Shown piece after piece: positions 1 through 8,538 of a stretch of DNA of 45,744 bases. Origin of the DNA: Candidatus Nealsonbacteria bacterium (GTDB lineage: Bacteria; Patescibacteriota; Minisyncoccia; Minisyncoccales; CSSED10-335). The stretch covers positions 1 to 45,744 of the forward strand of contig PWOE01000113.1 of NCBI GenBank assembly GCA_003557585.1, in the 5' to 3' direction. A program made the translations under genes and the position numbers. The first letter of the stretch is position 1. Each line of letters starts with the position of its first letter. The notes below the pieces were generated by a model. That model saw only the letters and a program-made list of their open reading frames with translations, had not been told where the DNA came from and searched no databases.

Positions 1-3
1 AAG

Positions 4-50
4 TCACCTCCTTTCTGGCTAAACTATAGCATTAAGAGCTAATAAGTCAA
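4..50 (-). promoter_or_regulatory. sigma70-type promoter plus strong Shine-Dalgarno for a gene starting just left of the window
   Basis: Minus strand TTGACT(50-45)-16 nt-TATAGT(28-23), preceded by TG, then AAAGGAGGTGA (14-4). Confidence 0.6.
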
Positions 51-1519
51 GAAAGCTCTTTCTCTATAATCTTTTTAACTGATTCTGGATTGGCCTTGCC
101 TTTTGTCTTGGCCATTACTTGACCTATCAAGAATTGAAGTGATGCCTCTTTGCCTTGCTTGAGATCATCCACTGCTTTTTCGTTTTGAGAAATAATTTCT
201 TTAATAATCAAAGCTAGCTCCTTGCTATCACTCATCTCTGATAATCCCTTCTCTTCAATAATATTTGATGGATCAGCTCCACTCTTTAGCATCTCTTGTA
301 ATAAGATTTTGGCAATCTTGCTTGATATCTCCTTCTTGTGGATTAATTTAATTAACTCAGCAAAATTCTCAGGAGTTATAATGTTTTCAATTCCGTCTTT
401 CTTCAACAAAGACCTTAAGTCACCTAGAATGTAATTAGCAGCTGCCTTTGATAGTTTCAAGCTCTCTTCTTTAGCTATCTCGCTCTTGATATCTTCTTCT
501 TTAATCCAATTATTGAGCTCGCTAATAACTTTTTCGTAATAGTCTGCGGAGTCTCTATCATTGATAAATATCTCCACACTCTCTTCATCTAAACCATATT
601 CTTTCTTAAACCTCTCTCTTTTTTCTTTGGGCAACTCTGGAATTGATGCCTTCATATGATCTAAATCGATACCCTCTTCTTTGATAGAGATTGCTGGCAA
701 ATCTGGCTCAGGAAAATACCTGTAATCATGAGACTCTTCTTTACTTCTTTGAAGTATCGTCTTTTGTTTATCCTCATCCCAACCCCTTGTCTCTTGATAA
801 ATTCTCTCTTTTTTATCTAAAATCTCTTTTTGTCTTTCAATCTCATAATTAATCGCTTTCTCAATCGCCTTGAATGAATTAATGTTTTTTATTTCAACCT
901 TATCACCTAGTTTTTTTCTATCACTTGAAAGCGATATATTGGCATCAACTCTTAGCTCTCCCTTCTCCATATCAGCGCTAGAGACTTGTAAATATCTAAG
1001 AATTAATCTTAATTCTTCAGCAAATTCTTTTGCCTCTTGGGCAGAATGAATGTCTGGTTCAGTGACAAGCTCCATTAAAGGAACCCCTGCTCTATTGAAA
1101 TCAACTAAAGAGTAATTTGACTCTTTGGGATGAACCAGTTTGCCGGCGTCTTCCTCTAAATGAATTCTAGTGATTCTTATCTCTCTTTCCTTGATCTTGA
1201 GCTTGCCTTTTTGACAAAAAGGCTTGTCATACTGACTTATCTGATATCCCTTTGGTAAATCGGGGTAGAAGTAATTTTTCCTATCAAACTTTGACTCTTC
1301 TGCTATCTCGCAATCTAATGCTAGGCCGGTTTTAACGATCTTGATAATCGCTTCTCTGTTCACAACAGGCAAAGAGCCCGGTTGACCAGTGCAAACAGGA
1401 CAGATATTAATATTCGGCTCTTGAGCATCTGAGTCGTTTGCGCAAGAACAGAATATTTTAGAGGCTGTATTGAGCTCTATATGAACCTCTAATCCAATGG
1501 TCGGATAATACTTAACCAT
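47..1519 (-). CDS. gatB: Asp-tRNA(Asn)/Glu-tRNA(Gln) amidotransferase subunit B
   Basis: IGLEVHIEL, FDRKNYFYPDLPKGYQISQ, HLEEDAGK, DYRYFPEPDLP motifs. Confidence 0.98.
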   Translation of the reverse strand: MVKYYPTIGLEVHIELNTASKIFCSCANDSDAQEPNINICPVCTGQPGSLPVVNREAIIKIVKTGLALDCEIAEESKFDRKNYFYPDLPKGYQISQYDKPFCQKGKLKIKEREIRITRIHLEEDAGKLVHPKESNYSLVDFNRAGVPLMELVTEPDIHSAQEAKEFAEELRLILRYLQVSSADMEKGELRVDANISLSSDRKKLGDKVEIKNINSFKAIEKAINYEIERQKEILDKKERIYQETRGWDEDKQKTILQRSKEESHDYRYFPEPDLPAISIKEEGIDLDHMKASIPELPKEKRERFKKEYGLDEESVEIFINDRDSADYYEKVISELNNWIKEEDIKSEIAKEESLKLSKAAANYILGDLRSLLKKDGIENIITPENFAELIKLIHKKEISSKIAKILLQEMLKSGADPSNIIEEKGLSEMSDSKELALIIKEIISQNEKAVDDLKQGKEASLQFLIGQVMAKTKGKANPESVKKIIEKELS

Positions 1520-2185
1520 CTACTTTTTCTTTTTTTGTAACTCTTTAACAATCTTAACACCAGAGCTAGTTCCAACAATATCAGCCCCAGCTTTAATCAT
1601 CTTTTTAATGTCATCAAGAGTTCTAACATTACCCGATGCCTTGATTAAAAGACCCGGGGCATTATCTCTCATTAGCTTTAAGTGATAAGCTTTTTCTTTC
1701 ATCTCTCGATTCTCTAAAGGATCTTTAGAAGTGGCTGTTTTAACGCAGATTGCTCCTGCCTTTTTAACTATCTTAGAAGCTTTCTTGATTTCGTCATCTG
1801 TTAAAAAACCTGAACCGATAATAACTTTTGTCGGCAGGATCTTGCAAATAACTTTTAAATCTTTAAGGACTTTATCGTATCTCTCATATTTCATGTCAAT
1901 GATGTTCATGACAATATCTAGTTCATCGCCACCATCCTTTTTTACTTTTTTACAGACCTTAACTCTTTCGCTGTGTGAAGAAAGACCCATAGGAGGATCA
2001 ACCAAGACAACAACTTTAGGCTCTTCACCTTTGAGTTCCTGGCTAGCTAATTTAGTCCATTCGGGGTTAATGCAAACACCATGAAAATTATATTTAATTG
2101 CTTCTTGGCAAAGCTTTTTAATATCTTTAGCTTTAGCTTCTTTTCTAATATCTGTGTGATCTATTGTTTGAGCTATCTTTTGCAT
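1520..2185 (-). CDS. deoC: Deoxyribose-phosphate aldolase
   Basis: IDHT, DELDIV, VKTAT (Schiff-base Lys), IKASG, GADIVGTSSG. Confidence 0.9.
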   Translation of the reverse strand: MQKIAQTIDHTDIRKEAKAKDIKKLCQEAIKYNFHGVCINPEWTKLASQELKGEEPKVVVLVDPPMGLSSHSERVKVCKKVKKDGGDELDIVMNIIDMKYERYDKVLKDLKVICKILPTKVIIGSGFLTDDEIKKASKIVKKAGAICVKTATSKDPLENREMKEKAYHLKLMRDNAPGLLIKASGNVRTLDDIKKMIKAGADIVGTSSGVKIVKELQKKKK

Positions 2186-2231
2186 AATATTTAAGTTCTT
2201 TTTCGCGAAATATCGCTTCTAAAAACTCTTT

Positions 2232-2711
2232 TTATTTTTTATCTAAAACAAGAAAGGTTAGTTTATAATCACTTGTCTCTTTTTCTTCTCTTTCAACTTC
2301 CACCCAAAGAGAAGAGTCATATTCGGGAAAGAATATATCTGCCTTGAAAGAGGCATCAATTAAAGTTAAGTAGATTCTGTCTGCTAAAGGTAGAAATTGA
2401 CGATAAACAGAGGCTCCGCCTGCAATCATAATCTCCTCGACATCCCCTGCTTTATCTATAGCATCTTCTACTGATTTGGCAATCAAGCAATTCTCTTCTT
2501 GAAAATTGTCTTCTCTGCTTAAAATGATATTAGTTCTATCGGGCAAGGGCTTACCAATTGATTCAAATGTCTTTTGCCCCATAATAACTGGTTTACCTAG
2601 AGTCTTTTCTTTGAAATATCTTAAATCTTCTTTAATCTTCCAAGGCAAAGAGTCGCCAAGACCGATCTCTCTATTTTTACCCATCGCCGCAATGATTGAA
2701 ATTCTTGGCAT
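2232..2711 (-). CDS. folA: Dihydrofolate reductase
   Basis: IG...LPW...D..YFK, VIMGQKTFESIGKPLPDR, IAGGASVY. Start moved to the ATG at 2711, 1 nt after the thyA stop. Confidence 0.96.
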   Translation of the reverse strand: MPRISIIAAMGKNREIGLGDSLPWKIKEDLRYFKEKTLGKPVIMGQKTFESIGKPLPDRTNIILSREDNFQEENCLIAKSVEDAIDKAGDVEEIMIAGGASVYRQFLPLADRIYLTLIDASFKADIFFPEYDSSLWVEVEREEKETSDYKLTFLVLDKK

Positions 2712-2712
2712 C

Positions 2713-3711
2713 TTAAAATCCACCAACATTAGTTATTGGTGCTTTGATTCCAGAATAAGGATCGTAGTTTTGTAATTCAAAGTCTTGAAACTTGAAATCG
2801 TCTATATCTTTAACCTGAGAATTAATTTTCAAAGAAGGTAACTCTTTTGGCTCTCGAGATAGCTGCTCTTCAACTTGATTGAAATGATCAGAATAGATAT
2901 GTGCATCACCAAAGCTATGTACAAAATCACCCAACTCAAGGTTTGTAACTTGGGCAACCATCAAAAGAAGCATGGCATAACTGGCAATATTGAAAGGAAC
3001 TCCTAAGAACATATCTGCACTTCTTTGATATAATCCTAGATTTAATCTATTGCCTTGAGTCACTGTGAATTGAAATGTTGTGTGGCAGAAAGGTGGGGTT
3101 TCATTTCTATTCTTCTCTGAAGCCATAGCATAGATAAAGTCCGGATTCCAAGCTGAGACAAGATATGACTTTCTAAAGGGTTTATCTTTCAAGCCATCTA
3201 TCACCCAGCCAAGCTGGTCAATTTCTCTGCCATCACTGGCTGGCCAACGTCGCCACATTCTTCCGTAAGAATAGATTAAATCAGCCCACTCTTTAACAAA
3301 ATCATCGCTTTCTGGAAGCTCCTTGATCTTGTTTATAAAATCCTCTTGGCTCAAGTCTTTATCGGGATCATTCTTTAAGCAATGCTTGTGATATCTTTTC
3401 CAGGCCCATTCATCCCATATATGAACATCATTATCAACTAGATATTTAATGTTGGTATCGCCTTTTAAAAACCAGAGAAGCTCATGTAATATCCCTCTGA
3501 AAAATACTTTTTTTGTTGTTAACAATGGAAATCCTTCTGATAAATCAAATCTCATCTGACGACCAAATACAGACTTGATATAAGGGATTTCTCGACCCTC
3601 TTTTTCATATTGACTTTTAACTTCAGGAGTTAGAAAAACCTCTTTTTTAGAGCCTTTTTCCATTATCTCCTTGAGTAGTTCTAAATATTGATATTCAGAC
3701 TTGTTTCTCAT
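2713..3711 (-). CDS. thyA: Thymidylate synthase (atypical N-terminal loop)
   Basis: FPLLTTKK, ELLWF, PPFCH (catalytic Cys), YQRSADMFLGVPFNIASY, GDAHIY. Start moved to the ATG at 3711. Confidence 0.95.
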   Translation of the reverse strand: MRNKSEYQYLELLKEIMEKGSKKEVFLTPEVKSQYEKEGREIPYIKSVFGRQMRFDLSEGFPLLTTKKVFFRGILHELLWFLKGDTNIKYLVDNDVHIWDEWAWKRYHKHCLKNDPDKDLSQEDFINKIKELPESDDFVKEWADLIYSYGRMWRRWPASDGREIDQLGWVIDGLKDKPFRKSYLVSAWNPDFIYAMASEKNRNETPPFCHTTFQFTVTQGNRLNLGLYQRSADMFLGVPFNIASYAMLLLMVAQVTNLELGDFVHSFGDAHIYSDHFNQVEEQLSREPKELPSLKINSQVKDIDDFKFQDFELQNYDPYSGIKAPITNVGGF

Positions 3712-3713
3712 AA

Positions 3714-4253
3714 TTAAACTTGTTCTTCTTTGCCATCGGTTGAGACCCGACCTCCTTGCCACTGTCCTCTATACTGACTTCCCTCTCCTAGTATCTCTTG
3801 AAAAGTAATGTGCACAATTCGGGCTCCAAAAGATATCTTGATTGGGCTCTTGCCCATATTTATTAAACCAAATGTTAATTCTCCTGAATAGCCTGGCTGG
3901 ACAATTCCATTCAAAAGAGCCAGTCCCGACCTAAAAAGAGTCGTTCTTGGGAATATGATACCAGATAATGATTTAGGTAAATTCACCTTTTCAATGGTCT
4001 TTATTAGATAGTACTTGCCTGGCTCAAAAAGAAAGCTCTTTTCTTCTTTTTCATCATATCTCTCAACTAATACGCTCTCTGGCGTCTCCCTTTCTTCAAT
4101 ACCTAAAGACCCATCTCCTTCAAGAGAGTAAATTTCTCCTAAACGAAGATCAAAGCCAGCTCCTTCTGGGTTGTTTAATTCTCTATCACAAAGACCCTCA
4201 ACTAAATTAATTTCTTTAACTAATTTGTGAAGTTCTTTTATGCCTAATATCAT
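3714..4253 (-). CDS. Trimeric dUTPase / dCTP deaminase superfamily protein
   Basis: GAGFDLRL, PRTTLFRSG, GIVQPGYSGEL, C-terminal YRGQWQG. Confidence 0.85.
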   Translation of the reverse strand: MILGIKELHKLVKEINLVEGLCDRELNNPEGAGFDLRLGEIYSLEGDGSLGIEERETPESVLVERYDEKEEKSFLFEPGKYYLIKTIEKVNLPKSLSGIIFPRTTLFRSGLALLNGIVQPGYSGELTFGLINMGKSPIKISFGARIVHITFQEILGEGSQYRGQWQGGRVSTDGKEEQV

Positions 4254-4784
4254 TTAGCTTTCTTTAATTTTTATTTCCACTTCTTTGGGAGTATATTGCC
4301 TAATCTTGATACCTCTTTTTTCAGCTAACTCCCAGGCCTCATTCTCTTCTTCTTTACCCTCGCCACCCGTCTTTAATCTTTCATATTTCTCTAGATAAAC
4401 TATCTCTGAGACTCCAACATTATTGAGAGCTTTAAGACAATCGTAACATGGAGAAGATGTTACATAAAGAGTCGCTCCTCTTAATCGTCTAGTGTCTTGG
4501 CAATTAATGATTGCATTAATTTCTGCATGAATGCCTCGACACCTTTTAAGATTACCGTCTTTATCGCCATCAATCTTAGCGCAACCAACCTCTATACAGT
4601 GATCATCTCCTTCTGTGGGCCCATTATAACCCAAAGAGACTATTCTTTTTCTTTCATCAACTAAAACAACCCCTACTTTGTGAAATTTACAAGAAGTTCT
4701 CTCTGAAACCAAAAGAGCCAGACCCATAAAAGTATCATCCCAAGATAGCTTTTTGGTTCTGGCTTTTTTAATGTTTTGATTCAT
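4254..4784 (-). CDS. dCMP deaminase (ComEB-like)
   Basis: SWDDTFM, GYNGP, HAE and PCYDC zinc motifs. Confidence 0.92.
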   Translation of the reverse strand: MNQNIKKARTKKLSWDDTFMGLALLVSERTSCKFHKVGVVLVDERKRIVSLGYNGPTEGDDHCIEVGCAKIDGDKDGNLKRCRGIHAEINAIINCQDTRRLRGATLYVTSSPCYDCLKALNNVGVSEIVYLEKYERLKTGGEGKEEENEAWELAEKRGIKIRQYTPKEVEIKIKES

Positions 4785-4790
4785 GATTCT

Positions 4791-5216
4791 TTAATCGATG
4801 ATTTCTACTCCCATATTTTTGGCTGTTCCTTCGATGACCTTCATCGCTGCATTTATATCGTCTGTATTTAAATCAGCCATCTTCTTCTCAGCTACTGACT
4901 TTAATTGAGCCTTGGTCATCTTGCCAACTTTCTTTTTTTGAGGAACTCCTGACCCCTTTTCAATGCCTATCTCTTTTTTAATCAATTCTGATGCTGGTGG
5001 CTGTTTAAGATGAAAATCATAACTTCTATCTTCGTAAACATTAATCTCTACAGGAATCTTAAAACCATCTTGGTCTCTTGTCTTATCGTTGAATTGCTGG
5101 CAAAATTCAGCAATATTCAAGCCATGCTGAGCCAAAGCTGGGCCGACTGGAGGAGCTGGAGTCGCTTTTCCAGCAGCAATCTGAACTTTAATAACAGCTT
5201 TAATCTTTTTTTTCAT
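4791..5216 (-). CDS. rplK: 50S ribosomal protein uL11
   Basis: [25 protein letters not shown]. Confidence 0.99.
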   Translation of the reverse strand: MKKKIKAVIKVQIAAGKATPAPPVGPALAQHGLNIAEFCQQFNDKTRDQDGFKIPVEINVYEDRSYDFHLKQPPASELIKKEIGIEKGSGVPQKKKVGKMTKAQLKSVAEKKMADLNTDDINAAMKVIEGTAKNMGVEIID

Positions 5217-5220
5217 ATTT

Positions 5221-5766
5221 TTATATCTTTTTTATCTGCAATGAATCTAATTCAACGGGAGTATCTCTCCCAAACATATTAACTAAAACTTTAATTTTAC
5301 CTCTTTCCATATCGATTTCAGAAACCTTGCCATCAAATTCTTTGAAAGGTCCATCAATTATCTTAACCATACTGCCTACTTCGACATCTATCTTGTATTT
5401 CGCAACATCTGCGCCCATTCTTTTCTTTAATGTAGTTATCTCTTTTTCTGACAATGGCAAAGGAGTCGTTCCAGCACCGACAAAACCGGTCACATTTGGA
5501 GTATTTCTAACAACATACCATGAATCATCTGTAACAATCATTTCAACTAAAACATATCCTGGGTAAATCTTCTCCTCAACCATCTTTCTTTTGCCGTTCT
5601 TAATCTTTATCTTTTTTTCTTTTGGAACAATTACACTAAATATCTTATCTTCCATACCTAAAGATTCTACCCTTTGCCGAAGATTCTTGGCAACGGCCTC
5701 TTCATAACCAGAATAGGTATGGATAACATACCATCTTTTTTGTTCAGATATCTTTTGTCGAGACAT
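5221..5766 (-). CDS. nusG: Transcription termination/antitermination factor NusG
   Basis: [34 protein letters not shown] domain, FGRDTPVEL. Confidence 0.99.
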   Translation of the reverse strand: MSRQKISEQKRWYVIHTYSGYEEAVAKNLRQRVESLGMEDKIFSVIVPKEKKIKIKNGKRKMVEEKIYPGYVLVEMIVTDDSWYVVRNTPNVTGFVGAGTTPLPLSEKEITTLKKRMGADVAKYKIDVEVGSMVKIIDGPFKEFDGKVSEIDMERGKIKVLVNMFGRDTPVELDSLQIKKI

Positions 5767-5768
5767 TT

Positions 5769-5960
5769 CTAATTAATTATAACTCTTTGTAGAAAAAAAT
5801 CTAAACCACCTAAAAAAGCTGCTACAGCAACTGAAACTCCAACGACTATAAGAGTATATTTAACTGCTTCTTTTCTAGTTGGCCAACTAACCTTTCTTGT
5901 CTCTTGGCGAACTTCACTAAAAAAGAGCCTTATTTTGTTGAGTAATCCATTCTTTGGCAT
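5769..5960 (-). CDS. secE: Preprotein translocase subunit SecE
   Basis: E.RKVSWPTR motif plus one TM helix; upstream of nusG. Confidence 0.96.
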   Translation of the reverse strand: MPKNGLLNKIRLFFSEVRQETRKVSWPTRKEAVKYTLIVVGVSVAVAAFLGGLDFFLQRVIIN

Positions 5961-5966
5961 GTCTGA

Positions 5967-5995
5967 ATCTTAACTAAAGTAACCTCTTTTGTCAA
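5967..5995 (-). promoter_or_regulatory. secE promoter, predicted leaderless
   Basis: TTGACA-17 nt-TAAGAT-6 nt-ATG. Confidence 0.7.
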
Positions 5996-5998
5996 ACC

Positions 5999-7954
5999 TT
6001 ATATATCTAAGTTTTTGACCTGTTTGGCGTGTGTCTGTATAAACTTTTTTCTTGGGAAAACCTCTTCTCCCATTAAAATATCAAATATCCTATCAGCTTC
6101 CTTGGCATCTTCTATGGTTGCTCTAAGCAGAATTCTATTCTCAGGATTCATGGTCGTTTCCCATAGCTGTATAGGATTCATCTCTCCTAAACCCTTATAT
6201 CTTTGAATGTTAATATTGGGCAAAGTAGATTCTTCTTTTTTCTTTGACTTCTTATCATCTTTCATAGAAGAGACGATCTCTCTTTTATCATCCTCGGTGT
6301 AGGCATACTCTATTCTTTTGCCTGACTGTATCTTATAGAGAGGTGGCTGCGCTATATAAAGATATCCTGCTTCAATGATTGGCCTGAAATATCTATAAAA
6401 AAGTGTCAAAAGAAGAGTCTTGATATGATTACCATCACTATCAGCATCGCTCATAATAATAACTTTATGATATCTTAGCTTATCAATATTAAAATCTTCA
6501 GCAACTGCAGTTCCTAAAGCAATAATCAATGATTTTATCTCTTTAGAAGCCAAGACTTTATCCAATCGAGCCCTTTCAACGTTCAATATCTTACCCTTTA
6601 AAGGCAAGATTGCCTGAAATCTTCTGTCTCTGGCTCCTTTACAAGATCCACCCGCCGACTCTCCCTCAACGATATAAAGCTCTGATTCCTCTGGCTTCTT
6701 AGAGGAGCAATCAGCTAATTTGCCGGGCAGAGATAGGCCCTCTAAAACTCCTTTTCTTAAAACTGTCTCTCTAGCTGCTCGAGCAGCTTTTCTTGCCTTG
6801 GAAGAAAGTAGGCATTTCTCAATGATGCTTTTAGCATCTTGAGGATTTCTCTCTAAATAATCTACCAAGGCCTCTGAGACAACCGCCTCAACTGCTGGCT
6901 TAACCTCAGGATTGCCAAGCTTTGATTTCGTTTGACCTTCAAATTGTGGCTCTTTAACTTTAACCGAAACGACAACCGTCAATCCTTCTCTTACATCATC
7001 ACCACCTAAATTATCATCGCCACTTTTTAAAATGCCATTTTTACGGGCATAATCATTTAAACTTCTTGTTAGTGTTGATCTAAAGCCAGTCAAATGACTG
7101 CCACCCTCTTTGGTCAAGATATTATTAGCAAAACTCTCTTCGTATGATTCGAACTCTTGAGTATAATTAAAGGCAGCCTCAACAACTATCTCATCCTTGG
7201 TCCCTAGGCAATAAAATGTGTTTAAGTGTTGCTTTATAGATCCCCTTGTGAGGTATTTTACATAAGACAAAAGACCCCCTTCAAAATAAAAAGTGTAGCT
7301 CTCATTCTTGCCCTCTCTCTTGTCGGAAAAGACAATTCTAGTTCCTTTGGTGAGATAAGCCTGTTGCCTTAAATGATTAATAATCTTCTTGGGAACAAAG
7401 TTTATCTCTTTAAATATCTCAACATCGGGCTCAAAGATAACAGTTGTGCCTCTTTTTTTTGTTTTGGAATCTTTAACAAGCTTGGTTTTAGTTTTTCCCT
7501 TGGCATATTCTTGATAATACTTGTTGCCATCTCTGTAAACTTCCGCTCTCATCCAATTTGATAAAGCGCAAACCACAGATACTCCAACGCCATGCAAGCC
7601 TCCTGAAACTTGATAGGCCTTGCCACCAAATTTTGCTCCAGCATGCAAAGTCGTCATGACAGTTTCTAAAGCTGACTTTTTTGTTTGTGGATGAGTGTCT
7701 ATGGGAATTCCCCTGCCATCATCTGAAACACTAACCCTATTGTCAGGCAAAAGAGTGACTTCAATATTCTTCGCGTAACCAGCAATTGCCTCATCCAAAG
7801 AGTTGTCTAAACACTCTTTAATTAGATGGTGCAAGCCATCGGGTCCAGTAGATCCAATGTACATCCCAGGTCTTTTGCGAACTGGTTCTAATCCTTGCAA
7901 AACAAAGATATCTTTTGAAGTATAGCCTTTTTTTGTTTCTTTTTTTTGTTTCAT
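5999..7954 (-). CDS. gyrB: DNA gyrase subunit B
   Basis: VRKRPGMYIG, GGLHGVG, FEGQTK, PLKGKILN, QRYKGLGEM; short form without the E. coli insert; gyrA is not adjacent. Confidence 0.96.
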   Translation of the reverse strand: MKQKKETKKGYTSKDIFVLQGLEPVRKRPGMYIGSTGPDGLHHLIKECLDNSLDEAIAGYAKNIEVTLLPDNRVSVSDDGRGIPIDTHPQTKKSALETVMTTLHAGAKFGGKAYQVSGGLHGVGVSVVCALSNWMRAEVYRDGNKYYQEYAKGKTKTKLVKDSKTKKRGTTVIFEPDVEIFKEINFVPKKIINHLRQQAYLTKGTRIVFSDKREGKNESYTFYFEGGLLSYVKYLTRGSIKQHLNTFYCLGTKDEIVVEAAFNYTQEFESYEESFANNILTKEGGSHLTGFRSTLTRSLNDYARKNGILKSGDDNLGGDDVREGLTVVVSVKVKEPQFEGQTKSKLGNPEVKPAVEAVVSEALVDYLERNPQDAKSIIEKCLLSSKARKAARAARETVLRKGVLEGLSLPGKLADCSSKKPEESELYIVEGESAGGSCKGARDRRFQAILPLKGKILNVERARLDKVLASKEIKSLIIALGTAVAEDFNIDKLRYHKVIIMSDADSDGNHIKTLLLTLFYRYFRPIIEAGYLYIAQPPLYKIQSGKRIEYAYTEDDKREIVSSMKDDKKSKKKEESTLPNINIQRYKGLGEMNPIQLWETTMNPENRILLRATIEDAKEADRIFDILMGEEVFPRKKFIQTHAKQVKNLDI

Positions 7955-8032
7955 CTATTTCAATAAAAAAAGAGTCGTTTTTAAAAAATATTAAAGCTCT
8001 TTTTATTCCTTATTTTATGATTAACTATCCTT

Positions 8033-8061
8033 ATTTTAACTTAATTTTAGAGTTAAAGCAA
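8033..8061 (-). promoter_or_regulatory. Putative gyrB promoter
   Basis: TTGCTT-17 nt-TAAAAT. Confidence 0.5.
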
Positions 8062-8075
8062 GTCTATTAAAAGAT

Positions 8076-8096
8076 AAAAAAACCGACTTAAGTCGG
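8076..8096 (-). terminator. Intrinsic terminator of the tRNA/small-ORF transcript
   Basis: CCGAC-TTAA-GTCGG followed by a T run on the minus strand. Confidence 0.7.
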
Positions 8097-8315
8097 CTTA
8101 TTTTTTTCTTTTTTGTGAGATATAATTTCAGTTGGTTCGGCAAATGATTGCGTTTTTTTAAATATAATTCCATTCTCTTTTACTCTTCCTATTAATCTCT
8201 TTTCTCCATTTGATTCCACTATCTCGGCTCTTCTTATTTCTAAAACATTTCCCGAGGAAGTCCTGACGTCAATGCGGCGATACTCTCCAACTGATAAGTC
8301 TCCTACTCTTATCAC
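8088..8315 (-). CDS. Small hypothetical protein (~75 aa, GTG start)
   Basis: The ORF-track start lies inside tRNA-Asp. AAGGAG SD lies 9 nt before an in-frame GTG at 8315; the stop lies within the terminator. Confidence 0.5.
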   Translation of the reverse strand: MIRVGDLSVGEYRRIDVRTSSGNVLEIRRAEIVESNGEKRLIGRVKENGIIFKKTQSFAEPTEIISHKKEKNKPT

Positions 8316-8351
8316 AAACAATCTCTCCTTTCTTTTTTCAATGTTCTTGTT

Positions 8352-8428
8352 TGGCGGGGACGACCGGACTCGAACCGGCAACCTCCACTGTGACAGAGTG
8401 GCGATCTAACCAATTGATCTACGCCCCC
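8352..8428 (-). tRNA. tRNA-Asp(GTC)
   Basis: Cloverleaf GGGGGCG...CCACT-CTGTCAC-AGTGG...TTCGAGT...CGTCCCC-GCCA; CCA encoded. Confidence 0.96.
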
Positions 8429-8438
8429 AAATGAACTG

Positions 8439-8512
8439 TGCCGGCGGGAGGACTTGAACCTCCGACCTACGGCTTATGAGTCCGTCGCTCTTACCAACTG
8501 AGCTACGCCGGC
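8439..8512 (-). tRNA. tRNA with CAT anticodon, probably elongator Met (Ile2 not excluded)
   Basis: GCCGGCG/CGCCGGC acceptor, loop CTCATAA, TTCAAGT T-loop, A73; no encoded CCA. Confidence 0.9.
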
Positions 8513-8538
8513 TCGATTCAATATATTTTAAAAAAATG

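Noticed and set aside
7962..8007. Imperfect inverted repeat in the gyrB leader
   Set aside because: Mostly A/T homopolymer pairing, expected by chance at this composition
8316..8381. N-terminal part of the 97-aa ORF (MPVRVRSSPP...)
   Set aside because: It overlaps tRNA-Asp; the start was reassigned to GTG 8315
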